From Eledone cirrhosa (taxonomy: Eukaryota): a stretch of DNA of 64,000 nt. The position numbers and the translations under genes were made by a program. The stretch lies in the NCBI GenBank assembly GCA_964016885.1, contig OZ024743.1, forward strand, positions 136,834,001 through 136,898,000. Reading direction: 5' to 3'. The notes below the pieces were generated by a model, which had not been told where the DNA came from, did not search any database, and worked only from the letters and a program-made list of their open reading frames with translations. Shown piece by piece: positions 1-11,962 of this stretch (the first letter of the stretch is position 1; every line of letters starts with the position of its first letter).

Positions 1-3000
1 CTTGGTGTTTGGTGCTTGGTGCTTGGTGCTTGGTGTTTGGTGCTTGGTGTTTGGTGTTTGGTGCTTGGTGCTTGGTGTTTGGTGCTTGGTGCTTGGTGAT
101 TAGTGTTTGGTGCTTGGTGCTTGGGGTTTGGTGTTTGGTGCTTGGTGCTTGGTGTTTGGTGCTTGGTGCTTGGTGTTTGGTGCTTGGTGTTTGGTGTTTG
201 CTGTTTGGTGTTTGGTGTTTGGTGTTTGCTGTTTGCTGTTTGGTGTCTGCTTGTTGGTGTTTGGTGTTTGCTGTATGGTGTTTGCTGTTTCGTGTTTATT
301 GTTTGCTGTTTGGTGTTTGGTGTTTCCTGTTTGGTCTTTAGTCTTTGGTGCTTGGTGTTCGGTGCTTGGTGCTTGGTATTTGGTGTTTGGTGTTCGGTGC
401 TTGGTGCTTGGTGTTTGGTGCTTGGTGCTTGGTGTTTGGTGTTTGGTGCTTGGTGCTTGGTGTTTGGTGTTTGCTGTTTGCTGTTTGGTGTTTGTTGTTT
501 GGTGTTTGTTGTTTGGTGTTTTCTGTTTGGTGTTTGGTGTTTGCTGTTTCGTGTCTGCTTTTTGGTGTTTGGTGTTTGCTGTATGTTGTTTGCTGTTTGC
601 TGTTTGGTGTTTGGTGTTTGGTGTTTGGTGCTTGGTGCTTGGTGTTTGGTGCTTGGTGCTTGGTGTTTGGTGCCTGGTGCTTGGTGCTTGGTGCTTGGTG
701 TTTGGGGTTTGGTGCTTGGTGCTTGGTGCTTGGTGTTTTGTATTTGGTGTTTGGTTTTTGGTGCTTGGTCCTTGGTGTTTGGTGCTGGGTGCTTTGTGTT
801 TGGTGCTTGGTGCTTGGTGTTTGGTGTTTGCTGCTTGGTGTTTGATGCTTGGTGCTTGGTGCTTGGTGTTTTGTGTTTGGTGCTTGGTGCTTGGTGTTTG
901 GTGCTTGGTGCTTGGTGTTTGGTGCCTGGTGCTTGGTGCTTGGTGCTTGGTGCTTGGTCCTTGGTGTTTGGTGCTGGGTGCTTGGTGTTTGATGATTGGT
1001 GCTTGGTGTTTGGTGCTTGGTGCTTGGTGTTTGGTGCTTGGTGCTGGTTGGTTGGTGTTTGGTGCTTGGTGTTTGGTGCTGGGTGCTTGGTGTTTGGTGC
1101 TTGGTGCTTGGTCTTTGGTGCTTGGTGTTTGGTGTTTGGTGCTTGGTGCTTGGTGTTTGGTGCTTGGTGCTTGGTGTTTAGTGCTTGGTGCTTAGTGTTT
1201 GGTGCTAGGTGCTTGGGGTTTGGTGTTTGGTGCTTGGTGTTTGGTGCTTGGTGCTTGGTGTTTGGTGCTTGGTGTTTGGTGTTTGCTGTTTGCTGTTTGG
1301 TGTTTGTTGTTTGGTGTTTGTTGTTTGGTGTTTGCTGTTTGGTGTTTCGTGTTTGCTGTTTCGTGTCTGCTTTTTGGTGTTTGGTGTTTGCTGTATGTTG
1401 TTTGCTGTTTGGTGTTTGGTGTTTGGTGTTTGGTGCTTGGTGCTTGGTGTTTTGTGCTTGGTGCTTGGTGTTTGCTGCCTGGTGCTTGGTGCTTGGTGTT
1501 TGGTGTTTGGTGTTTGGTGCTTGGTGCTTGGTGCTTGGTGTTTGGTGCTTGGTGCTTGTTGTTTGGTGCCTGGTGCTTGGTGCTTGGTATTTGGTGTTTG
1601 GTGTTTGGTGCTTGGTGCTTGGTGCTTGGTGTTTGGTGTTTGGTGCTTGGTACTTGGGGCTTCGTGTTTGGTGCTTGGTGCTTCGTGTTTGGTGTTTGGT
1701 GCTTGGTGCTTGGTGTTTGGTGTTTGGTGCTTGGTGTTTGGTGCTTGGTGCTTGGTGCTTGGTGCTTGGTGTTTGGTGCTTGGTGCTTGGTGCTTGGTGT
1801 TTGGTGATTGGTGTATGGTGTTTGGTGCTTGGTGCTTGGTGTTTGGTGCTTGGTGCTTGGTGATTAGTGTTTGGTGCTTGGTGCTTGGGGTTTGGTGTTT
1901 GGTGCTTGGTGCTTGGTGCTTGGTGCTTGGTGCTTGGTGCTTGGTGTTTGGTGCTTGGTGCTTGGTGTTTGGTGCTTGGTGTTTGGTGCTTGGAGTTTGG
2001 TGCTTGGTGCTTGGTGCTTGGTGCATGGTGCTTGGTGTTTGGTGCTTGGTGTTTGGTGCTTTGTGTTAGGAGTCTGGTGCTTGGTGCTTGGTGTTTGGTG
2101 TTTGGTACTTGGTATTTGGTGCTTGGTGCTTGGTGTTTGGTGTTTGGTGCTTGGTGTTTGGTGCTTGCTACGTGGTGCTTGGTGCTTGGTGTTAGGTGTT
2201 TGGTGCTTGGTGCGTGGTGTTTGGTTTTTGGTGCTTGGTGCTTGGTGTTTGGTGTTTGGTGCTTGCTGCTGGCTGCTTGGTGTTTGGTGCTTGGTGATTG
2301 GTGCTTGGTGTTTGGTGCTTGGTGTTTGGTGTTTGGTGCTAGGTGCTTGGTGCTTGGTGTTTGGTGATGATTGGTGCTTGGTGTTTGGTGTTTGGTGCTT
2401 GGTGCTTGGTGTTTGGTGCTTGGTGCTGGGTGGTTGGTGTTTGGTGCTTGGTGTTTGGTGCTGGGTGCTTGGTGTTTGGTGCTTGGTGCTTGGTCTTTGG
2501 TGCTTGGTCTTTGGTGTTTGGTGCTTGGTGCTTGGTGCTTGGTGTTTGGTGCTTGGTGCTTGGTGTTTGGTGCTTGGTGCTTAGTGTTTGGTGCTAGGTG
2601 CTTGGGGTTTGGTGTTTAGTGCTTGGTGCTTGGTGTTTGGTGCTTGGTGCTTGGTGCTTGGTCTTTGGTGTTTGGTGTTTAGTGCTTGGTGCTTGGTGCT
2701 TGGTGTTTGGTGCTTGGTGCTTGGTGCATTGTGATTAGTGTTTGGTGCTTGGTGCTTGGGGTTTGGTGTTTGGTGCTTGGTGCTTGGTGTTTGGTGATTG
2801 GTACTTGGTGTTTGGTGCTTGGTGTTTGCTGTTTGCTGTTTGGTGTTTTTGGTGTTTGCTGTTTGCTGTTTGGTGTCTGCTTTTTGGTGTTTGGTGTTTG
2901 CTCTATGGTGTTTGCTGTTTCATGTTTGGTGTTTGCTGTTTGGTGTTTGGTGTTTGCTGTTTGGTGTTTGGTCTTTGGTGCTTGGTCTTTGATGCTTGGT

Positions 3001-5038
3001 GTTTGGTGCTTGGTGCTTGGTGTTTGGTGTTTGGTGCTTGGTGACTGGTGCTTGTTGTTTGGTGATTGGTGCTTGGTGTTTGCTGTTTGGTGTTTGGTGT
3101 TTGGTGTTTGCTGTTTGGTGTTTGGTGCTTGGTGCTTGGTGCTTGGTGTTTGGTGCTTGGTGCTTGGTGTTTGGTGCTTGGTGCTTGGTGTTTGGTGCTT
3201 GGTGCCTGGTGCTTGTTGTTTGGTGATTGGTGCTTGGTGTTTGCTGTTTGGTGTTTGGTGTTTGGTGTTTGCTGTTTGGTGTTTGGTGCTGGGTGCTTGG
3301 TGTTTGGTGTTTGATGCTTGGTGTTTGATGCTTGGTGCTTGGTGCTTGGTGTTTGGTTTTTGGTGTTTGCTGTTTGGTGTTTGGTGCTTGGTGCTTGGTG
3401 CTTGGTGTTTGGTGCTTGGTGCTTGGTGTTTGGTTTTTGGTGTTTGCTGTTTGGTGTTTGGTGCTTGGTGCTTGGTGCTTGGTGATTGGTGTTTGGTGCT
3501 TGGTGTTTGCTGCTTAGTGCTTGGTGTTTGGTGTTTGGTGCTTGGTGTTTGGTGCTTGGTGCTTGGTGCTTGGTGTTAAGTGTTTGGTGCTTGGTGTTTG
3601 ATGTTTGGTGCTTCATGCTTGGTGCTTGGTGTTTGGTGCTTGGTGCCCGGTGCATGGTGTTTGGTGCTTGATGCTTGGTGTTTGGTGTTTGGTGCTTGGT
3701 GTTTGGTGCTTGGTGCTTGGTGCTTGGTGTTAGGTGTTAGGTGTTTGATGCTTGGTGCTTGGTGTTTGGTGTTTGCTGTTTGGTGTTTGGTCTTTGGTGC
3801 TTGGTCTTTGGTGCATGGTGTTTGGTGCTTGGTGCTTGGTGTTTGGTGCTTGGTGCCTGGTGCTTGTTGTTTGGTGATTGGTGCTTGGTGTTTCCTGTTT
3901 GGTGTTTGGTGTTTGGTGTTTGCTGTTTTGTGTTTGGTGCTTGGTGCTTGGTGCTTGGTGTTTGGTGCTTGGTGCTTGGTGTTTGGTGCTTGGTGCTTGA
4001 TGCTTGGTGTTTGTACTTGGTGCTTGGTGCATGGTGTTTTGTGCTTGATTCTTGGTGTTTGGTGCTTGGTGTTTGGTGCTTAGTGCTTGGTGTTTGGTGT
4101 TTGGTGCTTGGTGTTTGGTGCTTGGTGCTTGGTGCTTGGTGTTTGGTGTTTGGTGCTTCATGCTTGGTGCTTGGTGTTTGGTGCTTGGTGCTTGGTGTTT
4201 GGTGCTTGGTGCCTGGTGCATGGTGTTTGGTGCTTGATGCTTGGTGTTTGGTGTTTGGTGCTTGGTGTTTGGTGCTTGGTGCTTGGTGCTTGGTGTTAGG
4301 TGTTAGGTGTTTGGTGATTGGTGCTTGGTGTTTGGTGCTTGGTGCTTGATGTTTGGTGCTTGGTGCTTGGTGTTTGGTGCTTGGTGTTTGGTGCTTGGTA
4401 CTTGGGGCTTGGTGTTTGGTGCTTGGTGCTTGGTGCTTGGTGTTTGGTGCTTGGTGCTTGGTGTTTGGTGTTTGGTGCTTGGTGTTTGGTGCTTGGTGCT
4501 TGGTGCTGGGTGGTTGGTGTTTGGTGCTTGGTGCTTGGTGTTTGGTGCTTGGTGCTTGGTGCTTGGTGTTTGGTGCTTGGCGCTTGGTGCTTGGTGCTTG
4601 GTCTTTGGTGCTTGGTGTTTGGTGTTTGGTGCTTGGTGCTTGGTGTTTGGTGCTTGGTGATTAGTGTTTGGTGCTTGGTGCTTGGGGTTTGGTGTTTGGT
4701 GCTTGGTGCTTGGTGTTTGGTGCTTGGTGCTTGGTGTTTGGTGCTTGGTGTTTGGTTTTTGCTGTTTGGTGTTTGGTGTTTGCTGTTTGCTGTTTGGTGT
4801 CTGCTTTTTGGTGTTTGGTGTTTGTTGTATCGTGTTTGCTGTTTCGTGTTTATTGTTTGCTGTTTGGTGTTTGTTGTTTGGTGTTTGGTGTTTCCTGTTT
4901 GGTGTTTAGTCTTTGGTGTTTGGTGTTTGGTGCTTGGTGCTTGGTGTTTGGCGTTTGGTGCTTGGGGCTTGGTCTTTGGTGCTGCGTGCTTGGTGCTTGG
5001 TGCTTGGTGCTTGGTGCTTGGTGTTTGGTGTTTGATGA

Positions 5039-5700
5039 TTGGTGTTTGGTGTTTGGTGTTTGGTGCTTGGTGCTTGGTGTTTGGTGTTTGATGCTTGCTG
5101 CTTGATGCTTGGTGCTTGGTGCTTGGTGTTTGGTGCTTGGTGCTTGGTGTTTGGTGCTTGGTACTTGGTGTTTGGTGCTTGGTGTTTGCTGTTTGCTGTT
5201 TGGTGTTTGGTGTTTGCTGTTTGCTGTTTGGTGTCTGCTTTTTGGTGTTTGTTGTTTGCTCTATGGTGTTTGCTGTTTCATGTTTGGTGTTTGCTGTTTG
5301 GTGTTTGGTGTTTGCTGTTTGGTGTTTGGTGCTTGGTGTTTGGTGCTTGGTGCTTGTTGTTTGATGATTGGTGCTTGGTGCTTGGTGTTTGCTGTTTGGT
5401 GCTTGGGGCTTGGTGTTTGGTGCTGCGTGCTTGGTGCTTGGTGCTTGGTGCTTGGTGTTTGGTGTTTGATGATTGGCGTTTGGTGTTTGGTGTTTGGTGT
5501 TTGGTGCTTGGTGTTTGGTGTGTGATGCTTGCTGCTTGATGCTTGGTGCTTGGTGCTTGGTGTTTGGTGCTTGGTGCTTGGTGTTTGGTGCTTGGTACTT
5601 GGTGTTTGGTGCTTGGTGTTTGCTGTTTGCTGTTTGGTGTTTGGTGTTTGCTGTTTGCTGTTTGGTGTCTGCTTTTTGGTGTTTGTTGTTTGCTCTATGG
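5039..5700 (+). repeat. 434-bp (62-monomer) local duplication, also carried in later copies
   Basis: The TTGATGA...TTGATGC TTGCTGC TTGATGC...TTGGTAC...CTGCTTT...TTGCTCT ATGGTG block recurs at offset 434 (ORF starts 5039/5473, 9682/10116, 11466/11900). Confidence 0.8.
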
Positions 5701-8394
5701 TGCTTGGTGTTTGGTGCTTGGTGCTTGGTGTTTGGTGCTTGGTGTTTGATGTTTGGTGCTTGGTACTTGGGGCTTGGTGTTTGGTGCTTGGTGCTTCGTG
5801 CTTGGTGTTTGGTGCTTGGTGCCTGGTGCTTGTTGTTTGGTGATTGGTGCTTGGTGTTTGCTGTTTGGTGCTGCGTGCTTGGTGCTTGGTGCTTGGTGCT
5901 TGGTGTTTTGTGTTTGGTGTTTGATGCTTGGTGTCTGGTGTTTGGTGCTTGATGCTTGGTGTTTGGTGTTTGATGCTTGGTGCTTGATGCTTGGTGTTTG
6001 TGCTTGGTGTTTGGTGCTTGGTGCTTGGTGTTTGTACTTGGTGTTTGGTGCTTGGTGTTTGGTGCTTGGTGCTTGGTGTTTGGTGCTTGGTGCTTGGTGT
6101 TTGGTGTTTGGTGCTTGGTGTTTGGTGCTTGGTGCTTGGTGCTTGGTGTTAGGTGTTTGGTGCTTCATGCCTGGTGCTTGGTGTTTGGTGCTTGGTGCTT
6201 GGTGTTTGGTGTTTGGTGCTTCATGCTTGGTGCTTGGTGTTTGGTGCTTGGTGCTTGGTGTTTGGTGCTTGGTGCCTGGTGCATGGTGTTTGGTGCTTGA
6301 TGCTTGGTGTTTGGTCTTTGGTGCTTGGTGTTTGGTGCTTGGTGCTTGCTGCTTGGTGTTAGGTGTTAGGTGTTTGATGCTTGGAGTTTGCTGTTTGGTG
6401 TTTGGTGTTTGCTGTTTGGTGTTTGGTCTTTGGTGCTTGGTCTTTGGTGCTTGGTGTTTGGTGCTTGGTGCTTGGTGTTTGGTGCTTGGTGCCTGGTGCT
6501 TGTTGTTTGGTGATTGGTGCTTGGTGTTTCCTGTTTGGTGTTTGGTGTTTGGTGTTTGCTGTTTTGTGTTTGGTGCTTGGTGCTTGGTGCTTGGTGTTTG
6601 GTGCTTGGTGCTTGGTGTTTGGTGCATGGTGCTTGATGCTTGGTGTTTGTACTTGGTGCTTGGTGCATGGTGTTTTGTGCTTGATTCTTGGTGTTTGGTT
6701 CTTGGTGTTTGGTGCTTAGTGCTTGGTGTTTGGTGTTTGGTGCTTGGTGTTTGGTGCTTGGTGCTTGGTGCTTGGTGTTTGGTGTTTGGTGCTTCCTGCT
6801 TGGTGCTTGGTGTTTGGTGCTTGGTGCCTGGTGCATGGTGTTTGGTGCTTGATGCTTGGTGTTTGGTGTTTGGTGCTTGGTGTTTGGTGCTTGGTGCTTG
6901 GTGCTTGGTGTTAGGTGTTAGGTGTTTGGTGATTGGTGCTTGGTGTTTGGTGCTTGGTGCTTGATCTTTGGTGCTTGGAGCTTGGTGTTTGGTGCTTGGT
7001 GTTTGGTGCTTGGTACTTGGGGCTTGGTGTTTGGTGATTGGTGCTTGGTGCTTGGTGTTTGGTGCTTGGTGCTTGGTGTTTGGTGTTTGGTGCTTGGTGT
7101 TTGGTGCTTGGTGCTTGGTGCTGGGTGGTTGGTGTTTGGTGCTTGGTGCTTGGTGTTTGGTGTTTGGTGCTTGGTGCTTGGTGTTTGGTGCTTGGCGCTT
7201 GGTGCTTGGTCTTTGGTGCTTGGTGTTTGGTGTTTGGTGCTTGGTGCTTGGTGTTTGGTGCTTGGTGATTAGTGTTTGGTGCTTGGTGCTTGGGGTTTGG
7301 TGTTTGGTGCTTGGTGCTTGGTGTTTGGTGCTTGGTGTTTCGTTTTTACTGTTTGGTGTTTGGTGTTTGCTGTTTGCTGTTTGCTGTTTGGTGTCTGCTT
7401 TTTGGTGTTTGGTGTTTGCTGTATCGTGTTTGCTGTTTCGTGTTTATTGTTTGCTGTTTGGTGTTTGGTGTTTGGTGTTTGGTGTTTCCTGTTTGGTGTT
7501 TAGTCTTTGGTGATTGGTGCTTGGTGCTTGGTGTTTGGTGTTTGGTGCTTGGTGCTTGGTGTTTGGTGCTTGGTACTTGTTGTTTGGTGATTGGTGCTTG
7601 GTGCTTGGTGTTTGCTGTTTGGTGCTTGGGGCTTGGTGTTTGGTGCTGCGTGCTTGGTGCTTGGTGCTTGGTGCTTGGTGCTTGGTGCTTGGTGTTTGGT
7701 GTTTGATGATTGGTGTTTGGTGTTTGGTGTTTGGTGCTTGGTGCTTGGTGTTTGGTGTTTGATGCTTGCTGCTTGATGCTTGGTGCTTGGTGCTTGGTGT
7801 TTGGTGCTTGGTGCTTGGTGTTTGGTGCTTGGTACTTGGTGTTTGTTGCTTGGTGTTTGCTGTTTGCTGTTTGGTGTTTGGTGTTTGTTGTTTGCTGTTT
7901 GGTGTCTGCTTTTTGGTGTTTGGTGCTGGGTGCTTGGTGTTTGGTGTTTGATGCTTGGTGTTTGATGCTTGGTGCTTGGTGCTTGGTGTTTGGTTTTTGG
8001 TGTTTGCTGTTTGGTGTTTGGTGCTTGGTGCTTGGTGCTTGGTGTTTGGTGCTTGGTGCTTGGTGTTTGGTGCTTGGTGCTTGATGGTTGGTGTTTGTAC
8101 TTGGTGCTTGGTGCTTGGTGTTTTGTGCTTGATTCTTGGTGTTTGGTGCTTGGTGTTTGCTGCTTAGTGCTTGGTGTTTGGTGTTTGGTGCTTGGTGTTT
8201 GGTGCTTGGTGCTTGGTGCTTGGTGTTAAGTGTTTGGTGCTTGGTGTTTGATGTTTGGTGCTTCATGCTTGGTGCTTGGTGTTTGGTGCTTGGTGCCCGG
8301 TGCATGGTGTTTGGTGCTTGATGCTTGGTGTTTGGTGTTTGGTGCTTGGTGTTTGGTGCTTGGTGCTTGGTGCTTGGTGTTAGGTGTTAGGTGT

Positions 8395-11300
8395 TTGATG
8401 CTTGGTGCTTGGTGTTTGGTGTTTGCTGTTTGCTGTTTGGTCTTTGGTGCTTGGTCTTTGGTGCATGGTGTTTGGTGCTTGGTGCTTGGTGTTTGGTGCT
8501 TGGTGCCTGGTGCTTGTTGTTTGGTGATTGGTGCTTGGTGTTTCCTGTTTGGTGTTTGGTGTTTGGTGTTTGCTGTTTTGTGTTTGGTGCTTGGTGCTTG
8601 GTGCTTGGTGTTTGGTGCTTGGTGCTTGGTGTTTGGTGCTTGGTGCTTGGTGCTTGGTGTTTGTACTTGGTGCTTGGTGCATGGTGTTTTGTGCTTGATT
8701 CTTGGTGTTTGGTGCTTGGTGTTTGGTGCTTAGTGCTTGGTCTTTGGTGTTTGGTGCTTGGTGTTTGGTGCTTGGTGCTTGGTGCTTGGTGTTTGGTGTT
8801 TGGTGCTTCATGCTTGGTGCTTGGTGTTTGGTGCTTGGTGCTTGGTGTTTGGTGCTTGGTGCCTGGTGCATGGTGTTTGGTGCTTGATGCTTGGTGTTTG
8901 GTGTTTGGTGCTTGGTGTTTGGTGCTTGGTGCTTGGTGCTTGGTGTTAGGTGTTAGGTGTTTGGTGATTGGTGCTTGGTGTTTGGTGCTTGGTGCTTGAT
9001 GTTTGGTGCTTGGTGCTTGGTGTTTGGTGCTTGGTGTTTGGTGCTTGGTACTTGGGGCTTGGTGTTTGGTGCTTGGTGCTTGGTGCTTGGTGTTTGGTGC
9101 TTGGTGCTTGGTGTTTGGTGTTTGGTGCTTGGTGTTTGGTGCTTGGTGCTTGGTGCTGGGTGGTTGGTGTTTGGTGCTTGGTGCTTGGTGTTTGGTGCTT
9201 GGTGCTTGGTGCTTGGTGTTTGGTGCTTGGCGCTTGGTGCTTGTTCTTTGGTGCTTGGAGTTTGGTGTTTGGTGCTTGGTGCTTGGTGTTTGGTGCTTGG
9301 TGATTAGTGTTTGGTGCTTGGTGCTTGGGGTTTGGTGTTTGGTGCTTGGTGCTTGGTGTTTGGTGCTTGGTGCTTGGTGTTTGGTGCTTGGTGTTTGGTT
9401 TTTGCTGTTTGGTGTTTGGTGTTTGCTGTTTGCTGTTTGGTGTCTGCTTTTTGGTGTTTGGTGTTTGCTGTATCGTGTTTGCTGTTTCGTGTTTATTGTT
9501 TGCTGTTTGGTGTTTGTTGTTTGGTGTTTGGTGTTTCCTGTTTGGTGTTTAGTCTTTGGTGTTTGGTGTTTGGTGCTTGGTGCTTGGTGTTTGGCGTTTG
9601 GTGCTTGGGGCTTGGTGTTTGGTGCTGCGTGCTTGGTGCTTGGTGCTTGGTGCTTGGTGCTTGGTGTTTGGTGTTTGATGATTGGTGTTTGGTGTTTGGT
9701 GTTTGGTGCTTGGTGCTTGGTGTTTGGTGTTTGATGCTTGCTGCTTGATGCTTGGTGCTTGGTGCTTGGTGTTTGGTGCTTGGTGCTTGGTGTTTGGTGC
9801 TTGGTACTTGGTGTTTGGTGCTTGGTGTTTGCTGTTTGCTGTTTGGTGTTTGGTGTTTGCTGTTTGCTGTTTGGTGTCTGCTTTTTGGTGTTTGTTGTTT
9901 GCTCTATGGTGTTTGCTGTTTCATGTTTGGTGTTTGCTGTTTGGTGTTTGGTGTTTGCTGTTTGGTGTTTGGTGCTTGGTGTTTGGTGCTTGGTGCTTGT
10001 TGTTTGATGATTGGTGCTTGGTGCTTGGTGTTTGCTGTTTGGTGCTTGGGGCTTGGTGTTTGGTGCTGCGTGCTTGGTGCTTGGTGCTTGGTGCTTGGTG
10101 TTTGGTGTTTGATGATTGGCGTTTGGTGTTTGGTGTTTGGTGTTTGGTGCTTGGTGTTTGGTGTGTGATGCTTGCTGCTTGATGCTTGGTGCTTGGTGTT
10201 TGGTGTTTGCTGTTTGCTGTTTGGTCTTTGGTGCTTGGTCTTTGGTGCATGGTGTTTGGTGCTTGGTGCTTGGTGTTTGGTGCTTGGTGCCTGGTGCTTG
10301 TTGTTTGGTGATTGGTGCTTGGTGTTTCCTGTTTGGTGTTTGGTGTTTGGTGTTTGCTGTTTTGTGTTTGGTGCTTGGTGCTTGGTGCTTGGTGTTTGGT
10401 GCTTGGTGCTTGGTGTTTGGTGCTTGGTGCTTGGTGCTTGGTGTTTGTACTTGGTGCTTGGTGCATGGTGTTTTGTGCTTGATTCTTGGTGTTTGGTGCT
10501 TGGTGTTTGGTGCTTAGTGCTTGGTCTTTGGTGTTTGGTGCTTGGTGTTTGGTGCTTGGTGCTTGGTGCTTGGTGTTTGGTGTTTGGTGCTTCATGCTTG
10601 GTGCTTGGTGTTTGGTGCTTGGTGCTTGGTGTTTGGTGCTTGGTGCCTGGTGCATGGTGTTTGGTGCTTGATGCTTGGTGTTTGGTGTTTGGTGCTTGGT
10701 GTTTGGTGCTTGGTGCTTGGTGCTTGGTGTTAGGTGTTAGGTGTTTGGTGATTGGTGCTTGGTGTTTGGTGCTTGGTGCTTGATGTTTGGTGCTTGGTGC
10801 TTGGTGTTTGGTGCTTGGTGTTTGGTGCTTGGTACTTGGGGCTTGGTGTTTGGTGCTTGGTGCTTGGTGCTTGGTGTTTGGTGCTTGGTGCTTGGTGTTT
10901 GGTGTTTGGTGCTTGGTGTTTGGTGCTTGGTGCTTGGTGCTGGGTGGTTGGTGTTTGGTGCTTGGTGCTTGGTGTTTGGTGCTTGGTGCTTGGTGCTTGG
11001 TGTTTGGTGCTTGGCGCTTGGTGCTTGTTCTTTGGTGCTTGGAGTTTGGTGTTTGGTGCTTGGTGCTTGGTGTTTGGTGCTTGGTGATTAGTGTTTGGTG
11101 CTTGGTGCTTGGGGTTTGGTGTTTGGTGCTTGGTGCTTGGTGTTTGGTGCTTGGTGCTTGGTGTTTGGTGCTTGGTGTTTGGTTTTTGCTGTTTGGTGTT
11201 TGGTGTTTGCTGTTTGCTGTTTGGTGTCTGCTTTTTGGTGTTTGGTGTTTGCTGTATCGTGTTTGCTGTTTCGTGTTTATTGTTTGCTGTTTGGTGTTTG

Positions 11301-11962
11301 TTGTTTGGTGTTTGGTGTTTCCTGTTTGGTGTTTAGTCTTTGGTGTTTGGTGTTTGGTGCTTGGTGCTTGGTGTTTGGCGTTTGGTGCTTGGGGCTTGGT
11401 GTTTGGTGCTGCGTGCTTGGTGCTTGGTGCTTGGTGCTTGGTGCTTGGTGTTTGGTGTTTGATGATTGGTGTTTGGTGTTTGGTGTTTGGTGCTTGGTGC
11501 TTGGTGTTTGGTGTTTGATGCTTGCTGCTTGATGCTTGGTGCTTGGTGCTTGGTGTTTGGTGCTTGGTGCTTGGTGTTTGGTGCTTGGTACTTGGTGTTT
11601 GGTGCTTGGTGTTTGCTGTTTGCTGTTTGGTGTTTGGTGTTTGCTGTTTGCTGTTTGGTGTCTGCTTTTTGGTGTTTGTTGTTTGCTCTATGGTGTTTGC
11701 TGTTTCATGTTTGGTGTTTGCTGTTTGGTGTTTGGTGTTTGCTGTTTGGTGTTTGGTGCTTGGTGTTTGGTGCTTGGTGCTTGTTGTTTGATGATTGGTG
11801 CTTGGTGCTTGGTGTTTGCTGTTTGGTGCTTGGGGCTTGGTGTTTGGTGCTGCGTGCTTGGTGCTTGGTGCTTGGTGCTTGGTGTTTGGTGTTTGATGAT
11901 TGGCGTTTGGTGTTTGGTGTTTGGTGTTTGGTGCTTGGTGTTTGGTGTGTGATGCTTGCTGC
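8395..11962 (+). repeat. Near-perfect 1784-bp tandem duplication (8395-10178 / 10179-11962)
   Basis: Identical ORF pairs at a constant offset of 1784 (8702/10486, 8957/10741, 9307/11091, 9682/11466). TTGATGC TTGGTGC is present at 8395, 10179 and 11963, marking the junctions. 1784 = 254x7 + 1x6. Confidence 0.92.

Noticed and set aside
2424-2432. GCTGGGTGG resembling the E. coli Chi site GCTGGTGG
   Set aside because: It is not an exact match and arises from TTGGTGC + TGGGTGG monomers. There is no bacterial context.
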